Of a DNA stretch of 45,268 bases, positions 1 through 9,741 are shown one piece after another; position 1 is the first letter of the stretch; the number at the start of each line of letters is the position of its first letter. This DNA comes from Candidatus Saganbacteria bacterium. Its GTDB lineage: Bacteria > Margulisbacteria > WOR-1 > JAPLLA01. A model generated the notes under the pieces. The model searched no databases. It was not told the origin of the DNA and saw only the letters and a program-made list of their open reading frames with translations. The translations under genes and the position numbers were made by a program. The stretch covers positions 15,194 through 60,461 of the forward strand of contig JAPLLA010000051.1 in assembly GCA_026387795.1 (NCBI GenBank). Reading direction: 5' to 3'.

Positions 1-2
1 TA

Positions 3-926
3 GTTGATGTGTTTATTTCTCCTTCAATATTTGGCAAGGGGCCGCATAATGCTTACAATATCCATGTTGCGCATAACTTACCATTGTTAATGAAAATGGA
101 AAGTTATCCCAGAAATTTGTTGCTAAATTATAATGTTCAATTTTTTTCGGGGCCTTTACAGCGAGCCCAATATGATCATATGTTCAAGAAGAATCAAATC
201 GCATCTGCTTCTATTAGATTGTGTGATATTGGATATCCGAAGTTAGATGCACTTCTTCAGGGGGAATATAAACGGCTGGATGTTTTGCATGAGCTTGGCT
301 TGGATGCAAAAAAGCCTACAGTTTTGTATGCACCGGCATGGGATCCCGGGGCATCGCTCCGGTCTTTTGGAGAAGCCGTCATAGAGAAACTAACCTCTCT
401 AGATGGTGTGAACGTGATCGTAAAACTTCATCCGGTGACTTATACTTTGAAAAAGAATCCAAATTTCGACTTTTATACTGGTGGCGTGGATTGGGTTGAA
501 CGGTTATCGCGTTTTGAAAAATATCCAAACTTCAGACACGTGGTTGATTATAAGATAGATCCGCTCCTAGCGGCTAGCGATGTCATGGTAACGGATATCA
601 GCAGTGTTGCGCTAGAGTTTATACTGCTGGATAAACCGGTAATTTATTTAGATTGTCCAGAGTATTTTGAAAAAACCATAAAGCAGTTTGGGTGGAATAA
701 TGATCCTAATTATATACTAAACAATCCAGATGCAAAAGCCATGAGAAATGCTGGGTTGTGCATTAGTGACCTATCGGAATTGGTGAATGCAGTTCAAGAA
801 TGTATTGACCATCCAGAAAAAAAATCAGAAAAAAGAACGGCATTTTCTCGGAGAATTTTGTACAATCCGGGTAGGGGGGCTGAAACTGCGGCTAAAACAG
901 TATTAGAATTATTGAGGTTAGAATAA
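3..926 (+). CDS. CDP-glycerol glycerophosphotransferase (TagF/EpsJ-like) family glycosyltransferase, 5'-partial
   Basis: Motifs IGYPKLD, VLYAPAW, IVKLHP, DVMVTDISSVALEF, KPVIY. The frame is open back to the window edge, so the true start is probably upstream. Confidence 0.75.
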   Translation, partial: VDVFISPSIFGKGPHNAYNIHVAHNLPLLMKMESYPRNLLLNYNVQFFSGPLQRAQYDHMFKKNQIASASIRLCDIGYPKLDALLQGEYKRLDVLHELGLDAKKPTVLYAPAWDPGASLRSFGEAVIEKLTSLDGVNVIVKLHPVTYTLKKNPNFDFYTGGVDWVERLSRFEKYPNFRHVVDYKIDPLLAASDVMVTDISSVALEFILLDKPVIYLDCPEYFEKTIKQFGWNNDPNYILNNPDAKAMRNAGLCISDLSELVNAVQECIDHPEKKSEKRTAFSRRILYNPGRGAETAAKTVLELLRLE

Positions 927-1093
927 ATTGATTAAAATTAATTGGTTTGAAAAAATATTCTTTAGGATTGGGGGTGATTAATAAAAGCGCCGACTATTGG
1001 CGAAACATCTTTTTCAGTGGTTCTTTTGTATGAGGGGTTTGGATAAGTTTGTGAAATTATTTTGATTGTTTATTAGAAAATAAGGAGAAAAAA

Positions 1094-2095
1094 ATGCAAG
1101 AAAAGCGAATTTTAATCACAGGTGGTTCTGGCTTTTTAGGAAAAAGGCTCGGGAAAAAATTAAGAGAAATGGGAAATAGCGTTCTTTTAACGGCGAGAAA
1201 TCATCGCCAGCTTTTAGTGGCAAAAAATTTTTCAGGGTGCGACGTCATGCCTGTTGATGTAACGGACCGGGATTCAATTAAGCGGGCCCTTAAGATGTTC
1301 CAACCCGAAGTTATTATTCATTGTGCAGCTACAAAATTTGTGGACCTTGCAGAAAAAGATCCACTCGAATGTTGTGACATTAATATCGTAGGGACTATGA
1401 ATATAGCAAAAGAAGCTATAGCCAATGGAGTAAAGTTGGTCTTAGGTATTAGTACGGATAAAGCGGCTCCTCCCGTTAAAAATATATATGGGATGAGCAA
1501 AGCTGTTTTAGAAAGATTATTTTGTGGTTTGGATCAGCAAAAATTGGGAACTAAATTTATAGTTGTAAGATATGGTAACGTGGTATGGTCAACCGGTTCA
1601 GTATTACCGATTTGGAGAAAAATGATCAAGAAAGAGGGGGTTCTTCGTACAAGTGGGCCTGATATGTTTCGATTCTTTTTCACTGTTGATGAGGCGGTAG
1701 ACTTAGTTCTATATGCTTTACAATATGCCAGTATGGAAACAGGCCTAATAATTAGCAAACGCATGAAAGCTGCACAAATGATACGTGTAGCTAAGATTAT
1801 GTGTGAAAATATCGAGTATTTACCGCTTCGCCCAGGCGATCGAGAGGCCGAATATCTAATTGGGGAGTTGGAACTCCCTTATACGACTCAATGTTTGAAT
1901 TCTAGTGATGGGAATATTTATTATTACCTTCGACCAAATGTGAAGAAAGAAAATGATTCATACTCAAATGGTGAGCTTTTGCCAGATACGGAAAGGGGGG
2001 TTAAAAATATCTTAACCTCTATGAATACTAATCAAATGACAGACGATGAAATCAGGGCATTAATATTCAATGTTCCTGAGGAAGAGTTGAAATGA
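1094..2095 (+). CDS. UDP-GlcNAc 4,6-dehydratase-like polysaccharide biosynthesis protein (PseB/FlaA1/CapD family)
   Basis: ITGGSGFLG Rossmann motif, IHCAATKFV, STDKA, YGMSK (YxxxK), VRYGNV..STGSVLP. Strong SD TAAGGAG. Confidence 0.85.
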   Translation: MQEKRILITGGSGFLGKRLGKKLREMGNSVLLTARNHRQLLVAKNFSGCDVMPVDVTDRDSIKRALKMFQPEVIIHCAATKFVDLAEKDPLECCDINIVGTMNIAKEAIANGVKLVLGISTDKAAPPVKNIYGMSKAVLERLFCGLDQQKLGTKFIVVRYGNVVWSTGSVLPIWRKMIKKEGVLRTSGPDMFRFFFTVDEAVDLVLYALQYASMETGLIISKRMKAAQMIRVAKIMCENIEYLPLRPGDREAEYLIGELELPYTTQCLNSSDGNIYYYLRPNVKKENDSYSNGELLPDTERGVKNILTSMNTNQMTDDEIRALIFNVPEEELK

Positions 2096-2871
2096 CACAG
2101 AAAGCTGTTATTTTAGCTGCCGGAAATAGTAGGCGAATGTTGCCCGTTTCACTAGAAATCCCTAAACCACTTTTAACTCTTGGTGACCAAACACTTATTG
2201 ATTTGACAATGAAAAGATTAAAATATTTGGCTTTTGTAGACACCCTTTATGCTTCAGTAGGGTATCAGCAAGAAAAGGTTTCTGGTCATTTCATCAAGAT
2301 TGCCAAAGCCTTAAATCTAAAATATGGGGTGTTTACTGATGAAACATTGCCTGGAACTAGTTATTGGTTGTTTAGAAATAAAGATTGTTTTTTAAATGGT
2401 CCACTTTCAGGGGATGCTCTGTGGGTATCCACAATTGATAATGCGGTGGATGTTGATTTTAAGGAAGTGAGGGAGGATTTTGAAAGGCAAAATAAGCCGG
2501 CATGCATGCTTGTTTCGGTGCCATCAGAGTTGCGGGTTGATCATGGTGATTTTTTTGTTTGTGATAAATCTTACAAAGTGATAAAAATGTTAGATCTGTC
2601 CGAAAATCCTGCAGAGAAGTTGTCTGAAAATATATTTTTGAGTAGTGGCTTGCAGATTATTAATCCCATAAAAATACTTCAGCTTGTTCGCGGTAATTCC
2701 TATAATAATTTTAGGGATTTATGGGAATTCCTTTACAAAAAAGGTGAGGTGTATATTTCAAAAACAACACCGAATCAGTGGGGAAAGATTGATAGAATTG
2801 AAGATTGGATGAGAGAAAAAGAGTTGTGTAAAAATGGCAAAAGCCCATTTATTATTCGAGGTGTTGAATGA
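2092..2871 (+). CDS. Sugar-phosphate nucleotidyltransferase (NTP_transferase family)
   Basis: N-terminal AVILAAGNSRRMLPVSLEIPKPLL signature and C-terminal WGKID. ATGA overlap with the upstream gene. Confidence 0.75.
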   Translation: MTQKAVILAAGNSRRMLPVSLEIPKPLLTLGDQTLIDLTMKRLKYLAFVDTLYASVGYQQEKVSGHFIKIAKALNLKYGVFTDETLPGTSYWLFRNKDCFLNGPLSGDALWVSTIDNAVDVDFKEVREDFERQNKPACMLVSVPSELRVDHGDFFVCDKSYKVIKMLDLSENPAEKLSENIFLSSGLQIINPIKILQLVRGNSYNNFRDLWEFLYKKGEVYISKTTPNQWGKIDRIEDWMREKELCKNGKSPFIIRGVE

Positions 2872-3899
2872 AAAACATAATACGCCCCAAAGAGTTTTTA
2901 GATATTATGTTAAATAATGCGAATAAAACAGATAATATTCGATTTTCTGTTATTATTCCGACTTTTAATCGTTGTGAGATGTTATTACAGGCATTGAACG
3001 CTTTATGTAACCAGATAGCCCCTGATTTTTTATATGAGATATTAGTTGTAGATCATCAAGCTGCCACGGATAATACTCTAGAAAGTATAAGGCAGTTTGC
3101 CCAAAATACAAGTGTTCCGATAAGGTATTTATGTGAACCAGGATATGAAAAACACTATGCTGTAAATACTGGCTTCAAAGCAGCTAGGGGTGAAATACTT
3201 GGACTAATAGATGACGATGTTATAGTTGATGCTAATTGGGTAAAAAACATAGTAAAAGTTTATGATAACCCAGAAGTGAGCAGTGCCGGCGGAAAAATTA
3301 CAATCTGTTGGATCAATGGATCTCCTCCTAAATGGATTGAGCCATTTAAAGATGTATTGGGAGAGATGGATTGCGGGAAAGAGTTAATTGAACTACATTA
3401 CCCTCAAATGATAAATGCTGGTAATTTCTCTATCCGCAAAGAAGTTTTACTTAAGGTTGGGGGATATAATCCCTGCAATGCTACTAGTGATAAATTGATT
3501 GGTGATGGGGAATGTGGATTATGTTCAAAAGTATATTCTTCTGGTGGACACATTTTCTGGGTGCCTGACGCAGCGGCTCTCCATGTGCAGGATGCTAGCC
3601 GGATCACCCTTTCTTATATGCGACGCAAGGCAAAATTTAATGGGATGAGTTTGGCATATGCTTTATATCGTAGAGAAAATGGTGATTTCTTAGAAATATT
3701 AAAAACAATCTGCAAACGGTTTTTTTATATTGTAAATCGTTTATGTAAGGTGCTTCTTTGTATTAAGTCGCGCAAGCCGTTTTATGAGCCTCTTTTTGAG
3801 TTTGAGACCAATTGGGGTTTGATTATATATCTTTTAAAAATTAAGACAAATCCTTCGCTTTGTAAATTAATCGAACGAAACGACTGGTTAAACATATAA
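2868..3899 (+). CDS. Glycosyltransferase family 2
   Basis: SVIIPTFNR, EILVVD, ARGEILGLIDDD (DxD). Confidence 0.9.
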   Translation: MKNIIRPKEFLDIMLNNANKTDNIRFSVIIPTFNRCEMLLQALNALCNQIAPDFLYEILVVDHQAATDNTLESIRQFAQNTSVPIRYLCEPGYEKHYAVNTGFKAARGEILGLIDDDVIVDANWVKNIVKVYDNPEVSSAGGKITICWINGSPPKWIEPFKDVLGEMDCGKELIELHYPQMINAGNFSIRKEVLLKVGGYNPCNATSDKLIGDGECGLCSKVYSSGGHIFWVPDAAALHVQDASRITLSYMRRKAKFNGMSLAYALYRRENGDFLEILKTICKRFFYIVNRLCKVLLCIKSRKPFYEPLFEFETNWGLIIYLLKIKTNPSLCKLIERNDWLNI

Positions 3900-3972
3900 T
3901 AGAAATTGTCTGATATGAGCGAAAAAACAACATTATTTATTGCCTCAAAAAATGGGAAGGAAGAGACATGTA

Positions 3973-5133
3973 ATGTTTGTAGCAGCAAATAAGATTAAGC
4001 GAGTTGCATTATTTTCTATGTCAGGCTATGACCTGATTTCAAATCCCTTGATAAACTTAGCAAAATATCTCTCTAAAAGGGGATATGTGGTTGACATTTT
4101 TGGGTTGGGTTCCACTAAATTTGCTGTTCCGGATTTTGAGTCGGGAGGGATTAATTGCATTTTATTTAATGCCGCGGTGTTTAGGGGTAGATTTTTTAGG
4201 TTTTTTCAAGTTGCGTATTTTTTCTTTACACGAATGATGGGGAAGAAATATTCTTTTTTTGTTGGTTTTGACCCCCCAGGGTTAAAGATGGCAGCTTTTA
4301 TTTCTCTTTTTCTAAGAGTGCCGTTTATATATTTCTCTTTAGAAATAATTTCTAAATCTACCATTAAAAGTTGGCGTCAACATTTTCAGAAGTGGCTCGA
4401 ATCGAAATTAAGCTTTCGTGCTCTCTTGAGTATTACGCAAGATAAAAAGCGGGCTGAGATTTTGGCTAGGGAAAACGGTTTAAACCTTAATAAGATTATG
4501 GTTATTCACAATTCTCCTTTGGGTGAGCCGTTAAAAGACAAGAGTTTTTGGTTGAGAGATAAATTTGAAATTAATGATTCTCGGATAATAGTTTTAGCAG
4601 TTGGCTCTTTGATTCCCGAACACCTAATAGAAGAGTTAGTGAATATGGCTCTTTATTGGTCAGAACAATATGTCTTGGTTCTTCATGGCTGGTTTGCAAA
4701 TGCAGCTTTTGAAACAAAAATTAAGAGCATAATAGGGCAATCTTCTGGCAAGATTATTCTTTCTACGGAATTACTGCCGATTGCTCAAAAGTATCAGGTT
4801 TTTCAGTCTGCAGACATTGGCTTAGCAGTATATAGACCTGCCGGGGATAACTTTTTGTATACAGGGCTTGCGGCCGGAAAGATTTTTGATTTTTTAAGAT
4901 GTGGAATTCCAGTGGTTGTTAATGATTTGCCGGGAATGAAAGGATTTTTGCAGGATACGGGGGCAGGAGAAGTGGTTGCAGATTTAGGTGACATAGAAAG
5001 TGTTCTTCCGCGGATCATTTCTGAAAGGGAAAAATATGCAAAAGCCGCATTTAAATTGTTTGAGCAATACGAGAACTCAAAGAGTAGTGCTGTGGTTATA
5101 GATAGAATTGAGTCAGCATTAAAAATAAGGTAA
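3973..5133 (+). CDS. Glycosyltransferase family 4 (GT-B)
   Basis: ADIGLAVY, GKIFDFLRCGIPVVVNDLPG. ATG 3973 is preferred over TTG 3940, but the start is uncertain. Confidence 0.8.
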   Translation: MFVAANKIKRVALFSMSGYDLISNPLINLAKYLSKRGYVVDIFGLGSTKFAVPDFESGGINCILFNAAVFRGRFFRFFQVAYFFFTRMMGKKYSFFVGFDPPGLKMAAFISLFLRVPFIYFSLEIISKSTIKSWRQHFQKWLESKLSFRALLSITQDKKRAEILARENGLNLNKIMVIHNSPLGEPLKDKSFWLRDKFEINDSRIIVLAVGSLIPEHLIEELVNMALYWSEQYVLVLHGWFANAAFETKIKSIIGQSSGKIILSTELLPIAQKYQVFQSADIGLAVYRPAGDNFLYTGLAAGKIFDFLRCGIPVVVNDLPGMKGFLQDTGAGEVVADLGDIESVLPRIISEREKYAKAAFKLFEQYENSKSSAVVIDRIESALKIR

Positions 5134-5161
5134 GGGTTGTTTGATGGGAGGATAATTTTAG

Positions 5162-6397
5162 GTGAAAGTTATAAGTTTTAATTCTTCGGATTTGGGTGGA
5201 GGGGCAGGTAAAGTTGCATATCGTTTGTCTCAGCGTTTTCTTGAAATGGGACATGATGTGTCTTTGTTGGTAGGTAAAAAATTTTCTGATGATTCATGGG
5301 TGGAGCAAATTATACCCAATCGTTTGGTGTGGATTTTAGATAGATTAGTGGGAAGAGCGTTAAATTTTTCGGGGTTTCATTTCTTGTTTTATCCCTCTTC
5401 TTTGAAAATTTCTTTTATGCCGATTTTAAAAGGGGCCGATATTATCCATTTACATAATTTACATGGTGAATATCTGAGCTTATGGTCTCTTTTGTCTCTA
5501 AAGAGTAAAGCCCCTTTAATTTGGACGTTGCATGATATGTGGCCAGTTACCGGACATTGTGCTGCTTTTTATGAGTGCGATCATTGGAAAAAGAAGTGTA
5601 AAAACTGTCCTTTTCTTAAAGCATATCCGGAAGTAATGTGGGACAGCTCTTTTCTACAATGGAAAGTAAAAAAACATGTCTTTGAACGTGCTAAACCGGT
5701 TTTTGTTTGTCCTTCCCGGTGGTTGTTTGATTTGGTAAAGTCCAGTCCAATGCTTAGTAATTTTGAGATTTATCATATTCCTAATGGAGTGGATCTTTCT
5801 GTTTTTACGCCAATCCCCAAAGAAACTGCTAGGGATGTGTTAAAAATCAATAAAAAACATAAGGTTCTTTTAGTTTCAGCTAGGAATGGTCGAGACGAAA
5901 GAAAAGGCGGAGAAATATTAAAAAAAGCATTACCTTTACTAAAAAAACGCTATGGACATAATCTTACTCTTCTTTGCTTAGGACAGGGGGTGGCGAATAG
6001 TTTTCGGGATATAGACGGACTGAATATTTGTGATTGCGGTTTCGTGCAAAAGGATTTGTTTTTAGCGATTTGTTATGCTGCTGCAGATCTCCTTTTATTT
6101 CCTTCTCTTGCGGAAAATTTTCCTAATACTATATTAGAAGCCATGGCCTGTGGCACTCCTTCTGTATCTTTTGATGTTGGTGGTATCAGGGAAATGGTGG
6201 CACATCGCAAAACTGGCTATCTGGCCGATTATAATAATCTCTTAGATTTTGTTAATGGTGTTTTTGAGCTTTTAGATGATTTAGATCTTTATAAAGGGGC
6301 AGTGCAAAACGGGTTAGATTTAGTTTCTGAGCGGTTTAGCCTTGCTTTTCAGCATCAACAATACTTGTCTTTGTATAAAAAAATAAGGAAAGAATAA
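5162..6397 (+). CDS. Glycosyltransferase family 4 (WcaC-like)
   Basis: GGGAG, DIIHLHNLHG, WTLHDMWPVTGHC..C..W...C..CP, ENFPNTILEAMACGTP. Confidence 0.9.
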   Translation: MKVISFNSSDLGGGAGKVAYRLSQRFLEMGHDVSLLVGKKFSDDSWVEQIIPNRLVWILDRLVGRALNFSGFHFLFYPSSLKISFMPILKGADIIHLHNLHGEYLSLWSLLSLKSKAPLIWTLHDMWPVTGHCAAFYECDHWKKKCKNCPFLKAYPEVMWDSSFLQWKVKKHVFERAKPVFVCPSRWLFDLVKSSPMLSNFEIYHIPNGVDLSVFTPIPKETARDVLKINKKHKVLLVSARNGRDERKGGEILKKALPLLKKRYGHNLTLLCLGQGVANSFRDIDGLNICDCGFVQKDLFLAICYAAADLLLFPSLAENFPNTILEAMACGTPSVSFDVGGIREMVAHRKTGYLADYNNLLDFVNGVFELLDDLDLYKGAVQNGLDLVSERFSLAFQHQQYLSLYKKIRKE

Positions 6398-6399
6398 AA

Positions 6400-7710
6400 A
6401 TGAAGGCAGCAAGCAATAAGTTTAGCAGGTTATTTTTGCGCTTAATGATGGTTGGAATTAGCGCCCAAGTGATTTTAACTTTTTTTCTGGGAAAGTTTTT
6501 TGGTCTAGTGGATGGGCCTTTGGAAATAAGAATTCTTGGGGCTTCTTGGCAAATCTCAGAAATTTTATTGTATCCCTTGTTTTATGTTTGGTTGTTATTT
6601 GAAATAAACCGATTAAGAATGAGGGGCTTTAGTTTTTTCTTTAAAGAGTTAGGGCTTTTATACCTGTTTCTTGCTTTCCTTTTTGGGGGATTGGGTTTGG
6701 GCTTTCTTAATCATAATACAGCAGTTTTTAATGATGCCAGGGGTTTTTTTGCTTTTATTGTAATGTTCTATGTTGTTTGTTCTGCAAATTTAGATCTTAA
6801 TTACATACGTAAATTGTTGGATATTATCCTCTTACCTGCTTTTGTGATTAGTATGTTAATTGTATTAATTCGGTTCTTGGGAATAGTGAGCGGAATAGAC
6901 TCCCCATTTTATGTGGATCATTCCGTTTCTTTTGCTTGTGTTTTGGGGACAATTGTCTCTTTTAGCCAATTGGTTTTTGGTCGTAGGATTGCTCGTAATA
7001 TGCTTTTCTTTTTTTCTTTTTTTCTTTCGATTGCATTAGTATTTCATAAGCCAATGGCTATTATGACAATTATTGGGTTGTCTACGGTTTTGATTTATGT
7101 GGCTTTTTTCTTGAATCTCCCTTTTAAGAAGAAAAAAACCGTTTATTTTTTTGCGGTATGTATTGTGTTTTTTGTTATTCTTTTTGGGGGGTTGGCGATT
7201 ATTAGATTGCCCCAGCAGTTAAAAGACTACTATCTTGTGGAATGGAAATATAGATATTTAAGAGAAGATGTTGGGGATATTTCTAGTGATAGATTTTTAT
7301 TGTGGACCATTGCTGCGGATATGATTGCCCAAAAACCGTTAACTGGCTATGGAGTAGGGGTTCGCTTGGAAAATCCGCGATTTAGTTTAAAATATTTGGA
7401 ACTTAATGTGCATAATTTTTATATACACATGTTCCTTACGGTTGGAATAATTGGTGGCATGGCTTTTCTGTTGTTGCTTTTTAAGTATCTAAGGTTTGTG
7501 TGGACAGGCATAAAACAGCTCACCCTTACAGATTTGCCATTAGCCCTTGGTTTATGGGGGTATTTTTTCTCTTTTCTTAGCTATAATATGGGGGGATTAT
7601 TTTTGATTTATAAGAATTCCGCATTTATGTTTGCGGTTTGCGCTGCTTTTCTATTAAAAATTGTTCTAATTAATAACAAGAGGATAAAAGAAGAGTTTTT
7701 AATATCTTGA
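6400..7710 (+). CDS. O-antigen ligase/polymerase (Wzy_C/WaaL-like) membrane protein
   Basis: Many hydrophobic helices. Periplasmic-loop motifs R..LW..A..MI.QKP.TGYGVG and VHNFYI....TVGIIG. Confidence 0.8.
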   Translation: MKAASNKFSRLFLRLMMVGISAQVILTFFLGKFFGLVDGPLEIRILGASWQISEILLYPLFYVWLLFEINRLRMRGFSFFFKELGLLYLFLAFLFGGLGLGFLNHNTAVFNDARGFFAFIVMFYVVCSANLDLNYIRKLLDIILLPAFVISMLIVLIRFLGIVSGIDSPFYVDHSVSFACVLGTIVSFSQLVFGRRIARNMLFFFSFFLSIALVFHKPMAIMTIIGLSTVLIYVAFFLNLPFKKKKTVYFFAVCIVFFVILFGGLAIIRLPQQLKDYYLVEWKYRYLREDVGDISSDRFLLWTIAADMIAQKPLTGYGVGVRLENPRFSLKYLELNVHNFYIHMFLTVGIIGGMAFLLLLFKYLRFVWTGIKQLTLTDLPLALGLWGYFFSFLSYNMGGLFLIYKNSAFMFAVCAAFLLKIVLINNKRIKEEFLIS

Positions 7711-8621
7711 AAGGTGAAAAGATGCACCCTCCTAAAATTGGAGTGGCAATTGCTACACATAATAAAAAGGAGCTTTTAAGAGAATGCTTACTTAAGCTAT
7801 ACAATAGTGACTATGCGAACATCTATGTTGTTGTGGTAGATGATGGGAGTATAGATGATACAGTAGACATGGTAAACAAGGAATTTCCGCTAGCAATAGT
7901 CCTTCAAGGGGATGGAAATTTGTGGTGGACAGGTGCAACCAATCTTGCAATTGAGAAGTGCTTAGGTAATAATTGTGATTATATATTTTTGTTAAATCCA
8001 GATGTAATGGTATTTCCAGAGACACTTTCTTCTTTGTTGGAAAACTCAGAAAAGCATGCGCCCTTGATTTCGGCTGCATTAGTAATGTCTTATGGGAAGA
8101 CCGATTTGGTTTGGTGGGGGGGGGCCAAAAAGATTTTTTCATCATTCCCTTTTTGGGCTTTAAGCCTTACAATAAAAAGGGGTGCAGATATTCGTTTTTT
8201 GTCTTTAAAAGGTTCTTATGTAACGAACATTGTGCATGGGCGAGGGGTATTAGTTCCTCGTTTGATTCTAGAAAAAATTGGCTTATATGATCAAATAGCG
8301 TTCCCGCATTATGGGGCGGATGTTGATTTTTCTGCGCGTGTTATTGAAGCAGGGTTTGAGATGCAAATCGTTCCTGGGGCGAAGGTTTTTCTTCGGGTTG
8401 AAAGTACAGGGCATCCACTCATGGCTTTAAATAAGGGCTTTTTAAAAGGTTATTATGATTTCATGTTTGATAGAAAAAGCGGGGAAACGGCTAAGGTTTG
8501 GTGGTATTTGCTCAAAAAACATGTTTCTTGGTATAGTCGAGTACCAGCATATCTATTTATTTTGTTGCTTAATACTTTTCGTTATTGGCTACAAGCTGCA
8601 TTTATAGTTTTTAAAAGATGA
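7707..8621 (+). CDS. Glycosyltransferase family 2 (rhamnosyltransferase-like)
   Basis: VVVVDDGSIDDT, GDGNLWWTGATN, LLNPD, FPHYGADVDF. Confidence 0.88.
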   Translation: MKGEKMHPPKIGVAIATHNKKELLRECLLKLYNSDYANIYVVVVDDGSIDDTVDMVNKEFPLAIVLQGDGNLWWTGATNLAIEKCLGNNCDYIFLLNPDVMVFPETLSSLLENSEKHAPLISAALVMSYGKTDLVWWGGAKKIFSSFPFWALSLTIKRGADIRFLSLKGSYVTNIVHGRGVLVPRLILEKIGLYDQIAFPHYGADVDFSARVIEAGFEMQIVPGAKVFLRVESTGHPLMALNKGFLKGYYDFMFDRKSGETAKVWWYLLKKHVSWYSRVPAYLFILLLNTFRYWLQAAFIVFKR

Positions 8622-8649
8622 CCTTTTCGTTGGTAAGGGGCTTTAAATT

Positions 8650-9741
8650 ATGAAAAGAATTGCTTTCTTTGGTTTTAAAAATGCAATTGATTATTATCAA
8701 ATAGGGGGTACAGAAAATTATGTTAGGCGTATCGCTTTAAATCTTTCGGAAAGAGGAGAAGCCATTAGCTATATTATTTATGGGGCGAATCAATCTAAAA
8801 CAGTCATAGTAGGAGAGAACATTACTTTGAATTATTGTGTGTCTTTTGAGCAGGCGTTGAAAACAATTGAAGAACAAGGCTTTGATGATGTTGTTTGTGT
8901 TTATGTCCTACCTAAAAACAGGTTAAGGTTTTTTAGTTTTAGAAATAAATTAAAGGGTATAACGAAGTTTCATTTTATATTTTTTAATTGGCCAGATTTT
9001 ACAGTTAAAAGATGGATGTATTTAAATGAGGCGCGGCTTTTACCCTATAATGGCAAGCTTTTTTGTGTCTCAAAAAGGCTGTATGAATATGTTAGCCGAT
9101 GGGCTAAAAATGCGGTACTTCTATTGCCGCCTGTTCCCGAGGAATTCTTTTTAAAGCCAGAAGAAAAACCGGTTTCTTCTAAAATTAGGATTACGTTTCT
9201 TGGCAGAATAGATACAGGGAAAGGTATTGGAACTGTGATTGAGTTGTTTGATCAGCTTGCCAAGTCTGACAGGTTTCAATGCAATATTTATGGGATGCAT
9301 ATTAAGGATGATCCAAAAGCGCGAGCAATACATGAATGGTTGAGGAATCAAGATGTTATTCGATATGTTGAAGTTAATCGTGATGCATATACGCTTCAAA
9401 CCAATGCGTTTGTCGCCAATGTTTTGGAAAACACAGATATTTTTTTGCAGCCCTACGCAAAATTAAGTAGCACAATAGATACTCCCGTGTTAATCTTAGA
9501 AGCAATGGCTTCTCTTTGTCTAGTGATTACTAAGCCATTTGGGAATATTCCCGATATTTATGGGGGGAGCAATTACTTAATGTCTTGCGATAATTATGCT
9601 CGAGAAACACTCCGGTTAATTAAAAATATTTCTAAGGATGATTTGGTTGAAGAAAGAGATAGGCTTTATGATCGAAACCAAAAATTGGATTTCAAAGCAA
9701 CTTCAATCACAGAGAGATTTATCAATGCAATTAGTCAATAA
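8650..9741 (+). CDS. Glycosyltransferase family 4
   Basis: IGGTENY, FLGRIDTGKG, PVLILEAMAS. Confidence 0.8.
   Translation: MKRIAFFGFKNAIDYYQIGGTENYVRRIALNLSERGEAISYIIYGANQSKTVIVGENITLNYCVSFEQALKTIEEQGFDDVVCVYVLPKNRLRFFSFRNKLKGITKFHFIFFNWPDFTVKRWMYLNEARLLPYNGKLFCVSKRLYEYVSRWAKNAVLLLPPVPEEFFLKPEEKPVSSKIRITFLGRIDTGKGIGTVIELFDQLAKSDRFQCNIYGMHIKDDPKARAIHEWLRNQDVIRYVEVNRDAYTLQTNAFVANVLENTDIFLQPYAKLSSTIDTPVLILEAMASLCLVITKPFGNIPDIYGGSNYLMSCDNYARETLRLIKNISKDDLVEERDRLYDRNQKLDFKATSITERFINAISQ

Noticed and set aside
927-1093. 167-bp intergenic gap as an ncRNA or pseudogene
   Set aside because: No convincing stem-loops, riboswitch consensus or recognisable protein remnant.
874-9567. Several G6/C6 runs and A/T runs in glycan genes as phase-variable tracts
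   Set aside because: Too short, or expected by chance in AT-rich DNA. Only the G9 at 8116-8124 was kept.
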